Positions 28,297 to 37,624 of a stretch of DNA of 64,000 nt are shown one piece after another (the first letter of the stretch is position 1; every line of letters begins with the position of its first letter). The position numbers and the translations under genes were made by a program. This DNA comes from Ktedonobacteraceae bacterium. GTDB taxonomy: Bacteria > Chloroflexota > Ktedonobacteria > Ktedonobacterales > Ktedonobacteraceae. Location of the stretch: NCBI GenBank assembly GCA_035534255.1, contig DATLSI010000013.1, forward strand, positions 60 through 64,059, given 5' to 3'. Under the pieces are notes generated by a model that made no database searches, was not told the DNA's origin, and saw only the letters and a program-made list of their open reading frames with translations.

Positions 28297-29064
28297 ATGA
28301 ATACCGAGCTACGTATTATTCCTATTGAGGGTGTAGGCGAAATTCCCCCAGGGAGCGACCTGGGTTTTATTCTATTTCAGGCCATGCTAGCACAGCAATT
28401 GAAGCTCCAACGGGGAGATATACTCGTTGTCACGCAAAAGATCGTCTCTAAAGCGGAGGGACGCATAGTCCATCTTGACGAGGTGCAACCTTCGGAGTTC
28501 GCACGCGCTTTCGCGCAGCAGTTCAATAAAGACGCCGCGCATGTTGAAGTGGTGTTGCGCGAAAGCAAGCGTATCGTGCGCATGGATCATGGCGTCTTGA
28601 TAAGCGAGACCGCGCATGGCTTTATCTGCGCAAATGCGGGTGTCGATGAATCAAATGTGGATGGCGCGCGTACACTTACCCTGCTGCCGCTTGATCCTGA
28701 CCGTTCGGCCAGCGAGATACGCGAGCGATTGCAGCGACTGGCAGGTGAAGGCGCGAATTTTGATATCGCTATTATTATTTCTGATACATGGGGGCGACCC
28801 TGGCGCGAAGGGCAGGTCAACAACGCCATCGGCGTAGCGGGCATGCAGGCGCTGGTCGATTATCGCGGACAGGCCGACCCCTACGGCTACGAGATGCACG
28901 CCAGTATGATTGCCGTGGCAGACGAACTGGCAGGAGCGGCAGAGCTGGTGATGGGCAAGGTTGACCGCGTTCCCGTCGCGCTCATTCGCGGCTACCGCTA
29001 TCAACCGGATAAGGGGAGTGGCAAGACACTCCTGCGCAACCCGGCAACCGATATGTTTCGTTAA
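28297..29064 (+). CDS. cofE: coenzyme F420-0:L-glutamate ligase
   Basis: CofE-like pattern: IIPIEG...GDILVVTQKIVSKAEGR...ICANAGVDESN...DTWGRPWR. AGGAGG lies before ATG 28297. Confidence 0.85.
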   Translation: MNTELRIIPIEGVGEIPPGSDLGFILFQAMLAQQLKLQRGDILVVTQKIVSKAEGRIVHLDEVQPSEFARAFAQQFNKDAAHVEVVLRESKRIVRMDHGVLISETAHGFICANAGVDESNVDGARTLTLLPLDPDRSASEIRERLQRLAGEGANFDIAIIISDTWGRPWREGQVNNAIGVAGMQALVDYRGQADPYGYEMHASMIAVADELAGAAELVMGKVDRVPVALIRGYRYQPDKGSGKTLLRNPATDMFR

Positions 29065-29109
29065 CCAGCGGCTATGCGATACAATACAATACAAGGACAT
29101 TAGACGAGT

Positions 29110-29760
29110 ATGGCAACACATTCCAAACAGCGATCGGTCACACTTCCGGTGCGCGCAGATACACTGGCTACCTTATTGCAAAACCGGCGCAGCGTGCGCA
29201 AGTTTCTGGAGCGGCCTGTTGACCGCGCGATAATAGAGCAGATACTCGAAGCCGCGCGCTGGGCACCATCGCCGCATGGCAGGCAGCCCTGGCGTTTTGT
29301 GGTGTTGACGCGCACGGAGTTGAAAACCCTGCTGGCAGACCGCATGGGTGACACCTGGCAACGCAACCTGGAAATGGATGGTCAGGACGCCGAGATCGTC
29401 AATGTGCGCCTGGAAAAGTCGCGCCAGCGTATCCTGAAGGCGCCGGTGATTATTATTCCTTGCCTGTACCTGGAGGACCTGGATCACTATCCCGACGAAC
29501 GCAGGCAGACTGACGAAACCACCATGGCTATCCAGAGCATCGGCGCGGCGATACAGAATATGCTGCTCATGGCCTATGACCTGGGGCTGGACGCGGGCTG
29601 GATGTGCGCGCCACTCTTCTGCCCGGAAGTTGTTTGCGATGCGCTCGACCTGGGCAGGCGGTTGATACCCCAGGCTATGATTGCGGTGGGATACGCCGCT
29701 GCCGACCCGAAACGGCGCGAAAGACTTCCTTTAAGCAGCTTGATTGTTCGATTTGACTGA
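29110..29760 (+). CDS. nitroreductase-family protein resembling the FbiB C-terminal domain (candidate dehydro-F420-0 reductase)
   Basis: Nitroreductase N-motif RRSVRKF...APSPHGRQPWRF. Sits between cofE and cofD. Confidence 0.7.
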   Translation: MATHSKQRSVTLPVRADTLATLLQNRRSVRKFLERPVDRAIIEQILEAARWAPSPHGRQPWRFVVLTRTELKTLLADRMGDTWQRNLEMDGQDAEIVNVRLEKSRQRILKAPVIIIPCLYLEDLDHYPDERRQTDETTMAIQSIGAAIQNMLLMAYDLGLDAGWMCAPLFCPEVVCDALDLGRRLIPQAMIAVGYAAADPKRRERLPLSSLIVRFD

Positions 29761-29780
29761 ATTTTTGATTGAGGATAAGT

Positions 29781-30710
29781 ATGATCGTTGTGCTGGCTGG
29801 CGGCGTGGGCGCTGCGCGTTTCTTGCAGGGATTGGTCCAGGTTGTTCCACAGGAACGCCTGACGGTGATTGTTAATACAGGAGATGATCGCGATTTCTAC
29901 GGGCTGCATGTCTCCCCCGACCTGGACATTGTGATGTATACCCTCGCAGGCCTGGTTAATGAAACGCATGGGTGGGGTATCCGCGACGATACCTTCAACA
30001 CCATGCTGCAATTGACCGCCTATGGCAACGAAGACTGGTTCATGCTTGGTGATCGCGACCTCGCAACGCATATTCACCGCACGAAACTGCTACATGAGGG
30101 AAAGACGCTCAGCGAAGTCACCGACGAACTACGTGGGCATTTTGGCCTGGGCATGCGTATCCTTCCCATGAGCGACCAGCCCGTACAGACGCATATTCAA
30201 ACCCCGGCAGGTTTGCTGCACTTCCAGGAATACATGGTGAAACGCCGCTGCGCCGACGAGGTGCAGGATGTCGTATTTGTTGGCGCGAACGAGGCCAGGC
30301 CCGCACCAGGAGTGCTCGACGCCATCAAAGGCGCAGAAGCCATTTTGCTCGCCCCCAGCAATCCCATCGTTAGCATCGGCAGCATTTTAGCTGTGCCCGG
30401 CGTCCATGGTGTGCTGCACGAGGCCAGCGGCATGGTAGTGGCCGTCAGTCCCATCATAGGCGGCGCGCCTATCAAGGGGCCTGCCGACAAATTGATGAGC
30501 GGTCTCGGCATGGAGGTCTCGGCGGTGGGCGTGGCTCGTTGCTACCGCGATTTTCTGGATGTAATGGTGATTGACGAGCAGGATGCACACCTGGCGGAAC
30601 GCGTCGAGGACCTGGGCATACCGGCGGTGGTGACTAATACAATCATGCGAGATGCAACCAGCAAAGCCGCGCTGGCGTGTAAAGTACTGGAAGCCGCGGG
30701 TATAAAATAG
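29781..30710 (+). CDS. cofD: 2-phospho-L-lactate (EPPG) transferase
   Basis: N-terminal VVLAGGVGAARFLQGL, VNTGDD, and NPIVSIGSILAVPG, all typical of CofD/FbiA. Confidence 0.9.
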   Translation: MIVVLAGGVGAARFLQGLVQVVPQERLTVIVNTGDDRDFYGLHVSPDLDIVMYTLAGLVNETHGWGIRDDTFNTMLQLTAYGNEDWFMLGDRDLATHIHRTKLLHEGKTLSEVTDELRGHFGLGMRILPMSDQPVQTHIQTPAGLLHFQEYMVKRRCADEVQDVVFVGANEARPAPGVLDAIKGAEAILLAPSNPIVSIGSILAVPGVHGVLHEASGMVVAVSPIIGGAPIKGPADKLMSGLGMEVSAVGVARCYRDFLDVMVIDEQDAHLAERVEDLGIPAVVTNTIMRDATSKAALACKVLEAAGIK

Positions 30711-30723
30711 TAACAGGAGCACT

Positions 30724-31506
30724 GTGGAAGACATAAGCTACCGGGCGATCATTCCGGTTAAAACGTTGAGCGAAGCAAAAAGCCGCCTCGCGCCCCACCT
30801 TACGCAGCATCAACGTGAAACGCTGGCCCTGGAAATGTTACAGCATGTGGTGAACACGCTGCGCTCAAGCGAAACATTCGAGGTCATAACCGTTGTCAGC
30901 CCCGATACACTTGTGCTGGAAAAAGCACAGCTTTGGGGAGCGAAGGCATCGATTGAGGAGCAACACGGGCATAATCCAGCGCTGCACATGGCAGCTTTAC
31001 ACGATCTGGCCGAGGGCGCAGGCGCGCTACTGACCATTTCCGCCGACCTGCCTCTGCTGACAACAGGTGATATTCGTTCACTGCTTGAACGCTCAAGGCG
31101 CTATGATCTTGTACTGGCTCCATCAACCGATGGAACGGGAACGAATGCAATACTGGCGCGTCCGCCGCTGGTTGTGCCCTACCTGTTCGGCATAAACAGC
31201 CTGAAACGATACCTGCGCGCGGCTCGACAGGGCGCAGTGGGCAACACGCTCTATCAAAGTCAGGGACTGTCACTGGATATTGATACCATCGAAGATGTGC
31301 AGGAGTTAGAAAGTGCTTACCGGGGAGATCATAAAGATTGCCCCTATTCTATAGTCATGAACCCCCGCATGAATGCCGGGGGCTTGTCCCTACCTTTACA
31401 CACGCCGTTGATTGTTCCAACGGTGCTACCGGATGAGACAGGAGGCTGCATGACAGGGCAGCCCGCTACCAGTTGGCCTAACATTTTTCCATGGCAAGGC
31501 CATTAG
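30724..31506 (+). CDS. cofC: phospholactate/phosphoenolpyruvate guanylyltransferase
   Basis: AIIPVKTLSEAKSRLAP plus DLPLL and DGTGTNA motifs. GTG start. There is a C-terminal extension of about 50 aa relative to typical CofC. Confidence 0.8.
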   Translation: MEDISYRAIIPVKTLSEAKSRLAPHLTQHQRETLALEMLQHVVNTLRSSETFEVITVVSPDTLVLEKAQLWGAKASIEEQHGHNPALHMAALHDLAEGAGALLTISADLPLLTTGDIRSLLERSRRYDLVLAPSTDGTGTNAILARPPLVVPYLFGINSLKRYLRAARQGAVGNTLYQSQGLSLDIDTIEDVQELESAYRGDHKDCPYSIVMNPRMNAGGLSLPLHTPLIVPTVLPDETGGCMTGQPATSWPNIFPWQGH

Positions 31507-31648
31507 TTGCCACAACCCATATGTTACTTAAAGTGCAAGCCGTTACTCCCCACTGGTAGAGAGTGCCTAAGCACCGGGAGTATAGCAGAGAAGACTTTAG
31601 CCGGACTTCCACAGCTTACATAAGACAAGAGAGTGAAGGAGTTTATTT

Positions 31649-32632
31649 ATGCCAGTAATTGGTTATTCCGCGGCCCTGGAACAATTTGGGCCAACTGAGT
31701 TAATTCGCTGGTGCCAGGAAGCTGAGGATGCAGGTTTTGGCGGCGTGATGGCCGCCGATCACTTTCACCCCTGGGTGCCACAGCAAGGGCAAAGCCCGCA
31801 GGTGTGGCCCTGGATGGGCGCGCTCGGCATGGCGACGCAGCGAGCAACCTTCGGTCCCGGCGTGACCTGCGCCTCGTATCGTTATCACCCGGCCATCATC
31901 GCCCAGTTCGCAGCTACACTTGCAGCGATGTATCCCGGTCGCTTCTGGCTCGGCATCGGCACAGGAGAAGCCCTCAACGAGCATATCGTAGGCGGAGAGT
32001 GGCCCGAAGCGCCGGTGCGCCTCGAACGCATGGTGGAGTCCATCGAGGTAATCAAGCAACTCTTCACCGGCAAGAAGACGCGTTACTCCGGTAAGCATAT
32101 CAAGATGGAGAGCGCCCGCCTGTATACGCGACCGGAAAAGCCTTGCCCCATCTACATAGCCGCCTCTGGCCCAAAAACTGCCGAGACCGCCGGGCGACTG
32201 TGCGACGGCCTGATTACACCTGCCGCGCCGCACGAAAAACTCAAAATGCTGATCGAGAGCTTCAACAAGGGCGCAACAGAGGCAGGCAAAGACCCGTCAA
32301 CCATGCCTAAACTGTTGCAACTGCATGTCTCATGGGCGGCCACCTACGAGGAAGGTGTGGAGCAGGCTATGAAAGAGTGGCCCAATGGCGGCATCAAAGC
32401 GCCCAAGCAGGATATTCGCTCCCCAGAGGATTTTGCCGGATTTGCCCAGATGGTGCGCGCTGAAGATTTCAAAGGGCGTGTCTTCATCTCAACTAACCTC
32501 GACGAGCATCGCCAGCATATCCAGAGCTTCCTCGATCTTGGTTTTGCCGAAGTGCATGTGCATAACGTGGGTCGCAACCAGAGCGAGTTTATCCGCGCCT
32601 ATGGCGAAGCGGTCATTCCCTCCCTGCATTAA
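31649..32632 (+). CDS. fgd: F420-dependent glucose-6-phosphate dehydrogenase-like LLM oxidoreductase
   Basis: GYSAALEQFGP..DHFHPW...YRYHPAIIAQFAATLAAMYPGRFWLGIGTGEALNE closely parallels mycobacterial FGD as I recall it. Confidence 0.8.
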   Translation: MPVIGYSAALEQFGPTELIRWCQEAEDAGFGGVMAADHFHPWVPQQGQSPQVWPWMGALGMATQRATFGPGVTCASYRYHPAIIAQFAATLAAMYPGRFWLGIGTGEALNEHIVGGEWPEAPVRLERMVESIEVIKQLFTGKKTRYSGKHIKMESARLYTRPEKPCPIYIAASGPKTAETAGRLCDGLITPAAPHEKLKMLIESFNKGATEAGKDPSTMPKLLQLHVSWAATYEEGVEQAMKEWPNGGIKAPKQDIRSPEDFAGFAQMVRAEDFKGRVFISTNLDEHRQHIQSFLDLGFAEVHVHNVGRNQSEFIRAYGEAVIPSLH

Positions 32633-32657
32633 ATTAAAATGGTAGAGGTATTAAAGT

Positions 32658-33065
32658 ATGACGAGTGAACTTACTGAAAAGGCACGAGCATACCTGCGCG
32701 AATTGCGTTTCGCAGTGCTCGCCACGCTCAATAAGGACGGCACGCCGCAACTGAGCACCATGTGGTACTTGCTGGAGGATGATGGCACCATTATGATGAA
32801 TACCAAAGTCGGTCGCGTCAAAGAACGCAATATGCGCAATGACCCGCGCATTTCCCTGTGTTTCGAGGATGGCTACAACTACCTGACCATTAGTGGGCGA
32901 GTTGAAATGATCGATGATCCACAGATTAGCCAGCACGACATTTATCGCCTTTCCGCTCGCTATCACGGCGAGCAAGTGGCGAAAAGGCAAATGGAGGAGC
33001 AATTCTCCAAAGAGAAACGCGTCACGTTGCGCTTGAAACCTGAACACGTTGTTGAATACTTTTAG
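32658..33065 (+). CDS. PPOX-class (pyridoxamine 5'-phosphate oxidase fold) probable F420-dependent enzyme
   Basis: 135 aa with split-barrel pattern LRFAVLATLNKDGTPQLSTMWY...RISL. Adjacent to fgd. Confidence 0.75.
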   Translation: MTSELTEKARAYLRELRFAVLATLNKDGTPQLSTMWYLLEDDGTIMMNTKVGRVKERNMRNDPRISLCFEDGYNYLTISGRVEMIDDPQISQHDIYRLSARYHGEQVAKRQMEEQFSKEKRVTLRLKPEHVVEYF

Positions 33066-33260
33066 TAGTTAATTATCGTACCTGATCGCGTAATTGCCAG
33101 CTAGATAGAGCAAGCAATCAGGACGCGGAAGCGTTCTCAACTTGCGGACTGGACAAGGTATCCAGCCAGCCCCGATTCTAACTCTTGCCAGAGCGTTTTA
33201 ATTTCGCCGGTTATGCGCCTGGCAGGAGCCAGGCTGTTGTATCATAGAGTGTTTGCCCGG

Positions 33261-34778
33261 TTAAAGCACGGCGCGTTTCGCGTGAATTACTTCACGCTTG
33301 CTCTTTTTGCCTTCCACCACAATTTCAGCGCCCTCTTGCAACTGCTGTACATCACTTATTGCAGCGGGTATACCAGTTCGCTTCAGAAGTTCGGTTTGCC
33401 CATCAATACGGATAGCAACGGGTATGGTCTCACCAGTGCTGGATTTCGATGTTGTCCCTGCTATGATAAACACGCATTTCTTCTCAGATTGTGAAGCCGC
33501 AGCTATCACGGCGACTTTGCGCCCATGTTCAAGCAGCGCGGAGGGCAATTCTTGCGATTGCTGCTCCCCTGGAGTTGTAGCGTCCGGTTGCTGCTCAACA
33601 GTTTCTGTCTTAGCTTGTTGTTCAGATTCAGAGGATTGAGGCATTTCCTGGGGATGCGACTGCTCAAAAAGTGCTCCATCATAGGCAGCAGGAATGGCCA
33701 CTTCTAATACACGAGGCATGGCATCGAACTGGTACGCCACCAGAACGTGCTCCTGATCGCCAGCCTGTTGCAGCGCCTCGCGGTCTGACTTGCTGAGGTA
33801 ATCTTTGAGCTTCACAGCACTCCCATCCAGTTGCAGCCCGATTGAAGCAGGAACACGCATGGAGATATGCGACCCACGGAAGAACTGCGTATTCTGGTTA
33901 TCAGGCTTGCGCCTTAACAAGAGCGATGAAATCTGCTGCATAGTCGAGAGCGGTTCTCCCGCCATAATTACACAGACATCGAGCATCCCATCGTCAATTG
34001 AAGCGTCTGCCGTCATTTCCAAAACTCTTGCGTAGCGGCGCGTATTCCCTATAATCACCTGCAATGCCTCGCCCCGCCAGGTTTTCTCTGTGCCACCCTC
34101 ATTCTCGGTTACATTTACTTCGATGGGAAACGCGTGCTGCTCTGGTACCTTTTGAGCGGCAGCAATACCAACTGAGATCGCGCCAACACGATGTTTAAGC
34201 GTTTTATCGACCTGGCCCATAATGGCAGCATCAAGGCCCAGACCGGCCATCAACAAAAAATGATGTTTGCCTTTAACAGAAGTTTTTATCTTTCTCACCT
34301 GAGCTATTTTTCCTGGTACATCCTGAACAGGGGGGTGCTCCGCGTCCTCTTGAGTCGCTGAAAGGAATGTGAGCGTTGAAATATCAAGGTGTCCAACATC
34401 AACTTTGCGATTTTCGCTGCTGACAAGGGTAAGCGCCGCCTGCACGGGATCAGCAGGAAAACTTACCTCGCCAGCCCACACATTGGCCGTTCCACCGGGG
34501 AGGATACCGACGATGCTTTTTTGTTTTTTACCTTTTTTTCCACTCATCAGCCCATTGACGACCTGGTTGAGCGTCCCATCACCACCATAAGCAATAACCC
34601 TGTCATAGCCTTGCATGGCAGCTTCAGCCGCCAATTCCATGGTATGGCCACCGTATTCTTTTAGAAGAACATCGGTGCGCCAACCAGCAGCAGAAAACAC
34701 AGCCAGAATGGCGGTAAGTTTTGCTAGATTCTGTCCATCTCTGGGATTTATAATCAGGCACACTTTTTGAGCACGCAT
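33261..34778 (-). CDS. diacylglycerol/lipid kinase family protein (YegS/BmrU-like) with about 170-aa C-terminal extension
   Basis: DAGK_cat motifs AYGGDGTLN and ILPGGTANVWA. The tail after about aa 335 has an acidic/Gln-rich linker and then a small beta-rich module. Confidence 0.85.
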   Translation of the reverse strand: MRAQKVCLIINPRDGQNLAKLTAILAVFSAAGWRTDVLLKEYGGHTMELAAEAAMQGYDRVIAYGGDGTLNQVVNGLMSGKKGKKQKSIVGILPGGTANVWAGEVSFPADPVQAALTLVSSENRKVDVGHLDISTLTFLSATQEDAEHPPVQDVPGKIAQVRKIKTSVKGKHHFLLMAGLGLDAAIMGQVDKTLKHRVGAISVGIAAAQKVPEQHAFPIEVNVTENEGGTEKTWRGEALQVIIGNTRRYARVLEMTADASIDDGMLDVCVIMAGEPLSTMQQISSLLLRRKPDNQNTQFFRGSHISMRVPASIGLQLDGSAVKLKDYLSKSDREALQQAGDQEHVLVAYQFDAMPRVLEVAIPAAYDGALFEQSHPQEMPQSSESEQQAKTETVEQQPDATTPGEQQSQELPSALLEHGRKVAVIAAASQSEKKCVFIIAGTTSKSSTGETIPVAIRIDGQTELLKRTGIPAAISDVQQLQEGAEIVVEGKKSKREVIHAKRAVL

Positions 34779-34945
34779 ATACTATCTCCTATTTCTCGTT
34801 TAGAAGCTCTTCAACTTTATTCCAGCATGATAGATCACTTTGTTTGTTAGAAACTCTACCTCTAGCACTAGCAAACATCAGGAAAAGTTTCATAAGAGGT
34901 GAAGATATTTTCTTAACAGGTGGATCTGCATCCTTCCAGGTGATG

Positions 34946-35006
34946 TGTAGGGACGCGATAAATCGCGTCCGCTTGGGCGAGTGTCGGCATAAATCGCGTC
35001 CCTACA
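34946..35006. repeat. REP-like nested palindromic element
   Basis: GTAGGGACGCGAT (34947-34959) can pair with the adjacent ATCGCGTCC or with the distal ATCGCGTCCCTAC (34993-35005). ATAAATCGCGTCC occurs twice as a direct repeat. Confidence 0.7.
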
Positions 35007-35192
35007 AGGATAGTAAACATGATGTCAGGCGACATAGTATTCTTGAGGACAAATGCGCAGACATGTTTGCACTCAAGAGCGACATGATACAAGGTAACTT
35101 GCAGCCATCTTCATATCCAGAGATTCATTTCATACAACTTCTATATGCTATACTCAAGCAATGACACAGGACAACACGAAGGAGTTTTATTC

Positions 35193-36065
35193 ATGACCAG
35201 ATACTATGGCTGCCAGGATATGGTATCGCCGCTGCGCACCGTGCTCGTGAAACGACCGGATCAGGCCTTCGGCGCTGCCGATCCCCAGGCCTGGCACTAT
35301 GCAGGACGCCCCGACCTGACAGTAGCGCAACAGGAACATGATGCCCTGACCAATATTTTGCGCACAAACGGCGCGGAGATAATCTATCACGACGAATATC
35401 TGCCCGATTATGCAGATTCCATCTTCGCCTTCGATCCATCGCTCGTGACCGATTCCGGCGCGATTATCTTGAGCATGGGCAAGCAGAAACGACGCGGCGA
35501 AGAGGCAGCCATGGCGCGTACCTACGAGAAACTGGGCATTCCCATAGTGGCTACTCTGCATGGAGAGGCACGCGCCGAGGGCGGCGATCTACTGTGGGTT
35601 GATCACGATACTTTGGCCGTAGGGCTGGGCTTTCGCACCAACGCGGAGGCGTTGCGCCAACTGCGGGAGGCCCTGGACACTATCGGAGTCAAAGTGATTC
35701 CAGTCGAGTTGCCTTACTACACCGGCCCGGAAGCGTGCCTGCACCTGCTCTCGATGATAAGCATCGTCGATTACCATACAGCCGTCGTTCACCCACCGTT
35801 GATGGCAGTTCCATTCTGGCAGGAATTGCAGAGGCGCGACTTCAAATTGATCGAGATTCCCGAAGCAGAATACGACACGATGGCTACCAACGTACTGGCG
35901 CTGGCCCCACGCAAATGCCTGATGCTGGAAGGCAATCCCATCACCAAACGCCTGCTGGAAGACGCTGGTTGCAAGGTCATGACCTATCGCGGCAATGAGA
36001 TTTCGCTCAAAGCAGAGGGCGGCCCTACCTGTTTGACCCGTCCCATCTGGCGGGAGTATATTTAA
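35193..36065 (+). CDS. amidinotransferase-fold enzyme (dimethylarginine dimethylaminohydrolase / arginine deiminase-like)
   Basis: EGGDLLWV..LAVGLGFRTN and a C-terminal GGPTCLTRP carrying the catalytic Cys. GAAGGAG lies before ATG 35193. Confidence 0.8.
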   Translation: MTRYYGCQDMVSPLRTVLVKRPDQAFGAADPQAWHYAGRPDLTVAQQEHDALTNILRTNGAEIIYHDEYLPDYADSIFAFDPSLVTDSGAIILSMGKQKRRGEEAAMARTYEKLGIPIVATLHGEARAEGGDLLWVDHDTLAVGLGFRTNAEALRQLREALDTIGVKVIPVELPYYTGPEACLHLLSMISIVDYHTAVVHPPLMAVPFWQELQRRDFKLIEIPEAEYDTMATNVLALAPRKCLMLEGNPITKRLLEDAGCKVMTYRGNEISLKAEGGPTCLTRPIWREYI

Positions 36066-36243
36066 GCAACAAGATAAAGCCCGCTGATGATGCAATCTAT
36101 TCGTGCTACCAGAAATGCCGGTTGGCAAGACACGGCAGTCAAGTCGTTGTATAATGTAACAGAAGAAATGCATACGAATTGATGCTATGGCGGTAATACT
36201 TAAAACACAGAAAATAAGGAATACCATCGAATGGAGGGATGCA

Positions 36244-36630
36244 ATGCTCTGTCCCAATTGCCGGGCGAATTGCCAGGTTGACGATGAATTTTGTCGCCGT
36301 TGTGGAAGCGATCTTTCCGCGCCATCCACCAGTTTGGTGCCGGTCACGCCTAATCTTCCCGCAATCATGCATCACCCACAGTTGCCACGTCTGGCTGCTG
36401 GCGTTGGCGCGCTGGCGGTCGGCTTCGGCCTTGAATTATTGCGGCGTAACCTGCTAGCTCACCTGGAAAAGCCAGTTCGCTCAACCTCAAAAGCTTTGAC
36501 GACACAATCGATGAAAGGCATCAGGGATGCCCTTACGCAGCAACAGGCCAAAAACATGAAATTACCAAAGGGATATGCACTTGAAGAAACTGCTATCTAT
36601 ATCAATCGTGTGATTCGACGCGAGAAGTAA
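36244..36630 (+). CDS. small zinc-ribbon protein with one TM segment
   Basis: MLCPNCRANCQVDDEFCRRCG, then the hydrophobic LPRLAAGVGALAVGFGLELL. GGAGGG lies before the ATG. Confidence 0.65.
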   Translation: MLCPNCRANCQVDDEFCRRCGSDLSAPSTSLVPVTPNLPAIMHHPQLPRLAAGVGALAVGFGLELLRRNLLAHLEKPVRSTSKALTTQSMKGIRDALTQQQAKNMKLPKGYALEETAIYINRVIRREK

Positions 36631-36647
36631 AATGGGGAAAAGAGTCG

Positions 36648-37607
36648 ATGGCGCTATTATTACGTGAAGAAGACGCGCGCGCTGTATTGACCATGGCAAA
36701 TACCATTCAGGTGGTTGAGCAGGCATTTATCGCGCTATCGCAGGACCAGGCCATCAATCGCACGCGTATTCGTATGCTCGAAGAGAACGGGATTATGCAC
36801 TTACTGGCTGCATCTATTCCAACTATGGGAGTGATGGGCTATAAAACCTACACCGTTTTTCGGTCGGGAATGCGCTATGTGGTGATGCTCTTTAGCACGC
36901 TGGATGGACACCTACTCGCTATCATCGAAGCTGACTGGCTGGGAACCTTACGCACTGGAGCGACAAGCGCAATCGCCACCAGGTACATGGCGAACCCCGA
37001 TGCAGCAGTTGTTGGATTGATCGGTTCAGGCAAACAGGCGATGGCACAACTGCTCGGAGTCCGCGCCGTGCGCTCAATCACCACCGTAAATGTCTATAGT
37101 CGCCGCCTGCCCGAATGTGAAGAGTTTTGCGACCAGATGGCGCGCAGGCTGAATATTCAGGTGCGTCCCGTTGCCAGTCCGCGTGAAGCTATTGAGGAAG
37201 CGGATATCGTGATAACTGCTACTACTTCTCCGACGCCCGTTTTCCCCGGCGACTGGTTAAAGCCAGGATGCCACATCAATGCGATTGGTTCTAACTGGGC
37301 TAATCGCCATGAACTCGACTTGCCGACGCTGCAACGCTGTGACTTGGTCGTTACCGATTCACGCGAACAGGCCATGTTGGAAGCAGGCGACCTGATTTTG
37401 CCCGCCGATGAAGGTCTTTTTGACATGAATAGCATCCACGAATTGGCGGATGTGGTAGCCGGAAAGATTGCCCCTCGCCGCTCAATCGGCGATATCACGC
37501 TTTACAAAGGGCTTGGCATCGCGCTTGAAGATGTTGCCGCCGCCGGTCTGGTGTATCGCCTGGCACGCGAGCGAGGTCTGGGCACTGAGATCAACCTGTT
37601 AGCGTAG
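36648..37607 (+). CDS. ornithine cyclodeaminase / mu-crystallin family protein
   Basis: 319 aa. LRTGATSAIATRYMA and Rossmann GLIGSGKQA, typical of the OCD_Mu_crystall family. Confidence 0.85.
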   Translation: MALLLREEDARAVLTMANTIQVVEQAFIALSQDQAINRTRIRMLEENGIMHLLAASIPTMGVMGYKTYTVFRSGMRYVVMLFSTLDGHLLAIIEADWLGTLRTGATSAIATRYMANPDAAVVGLIGSGKQAMAQLLGVRAVRSITTVNVYSRRLPECEEFCDQMARRLNIQVRPVASPREAIEEADIVITATTSPTPVFPGDWLKPGCHINAIGSNWANRHELDLPTLQRCDLVVTDSREQAMLEAGDLILPADEGLFDMNSIHELADVVAGKIAPRRSIGDITLYKGLGIALEDVAAAGLVYRLARERGLGTEINLLA

Positions 37608-37624
37608 GATGTGTAGGATACGTT

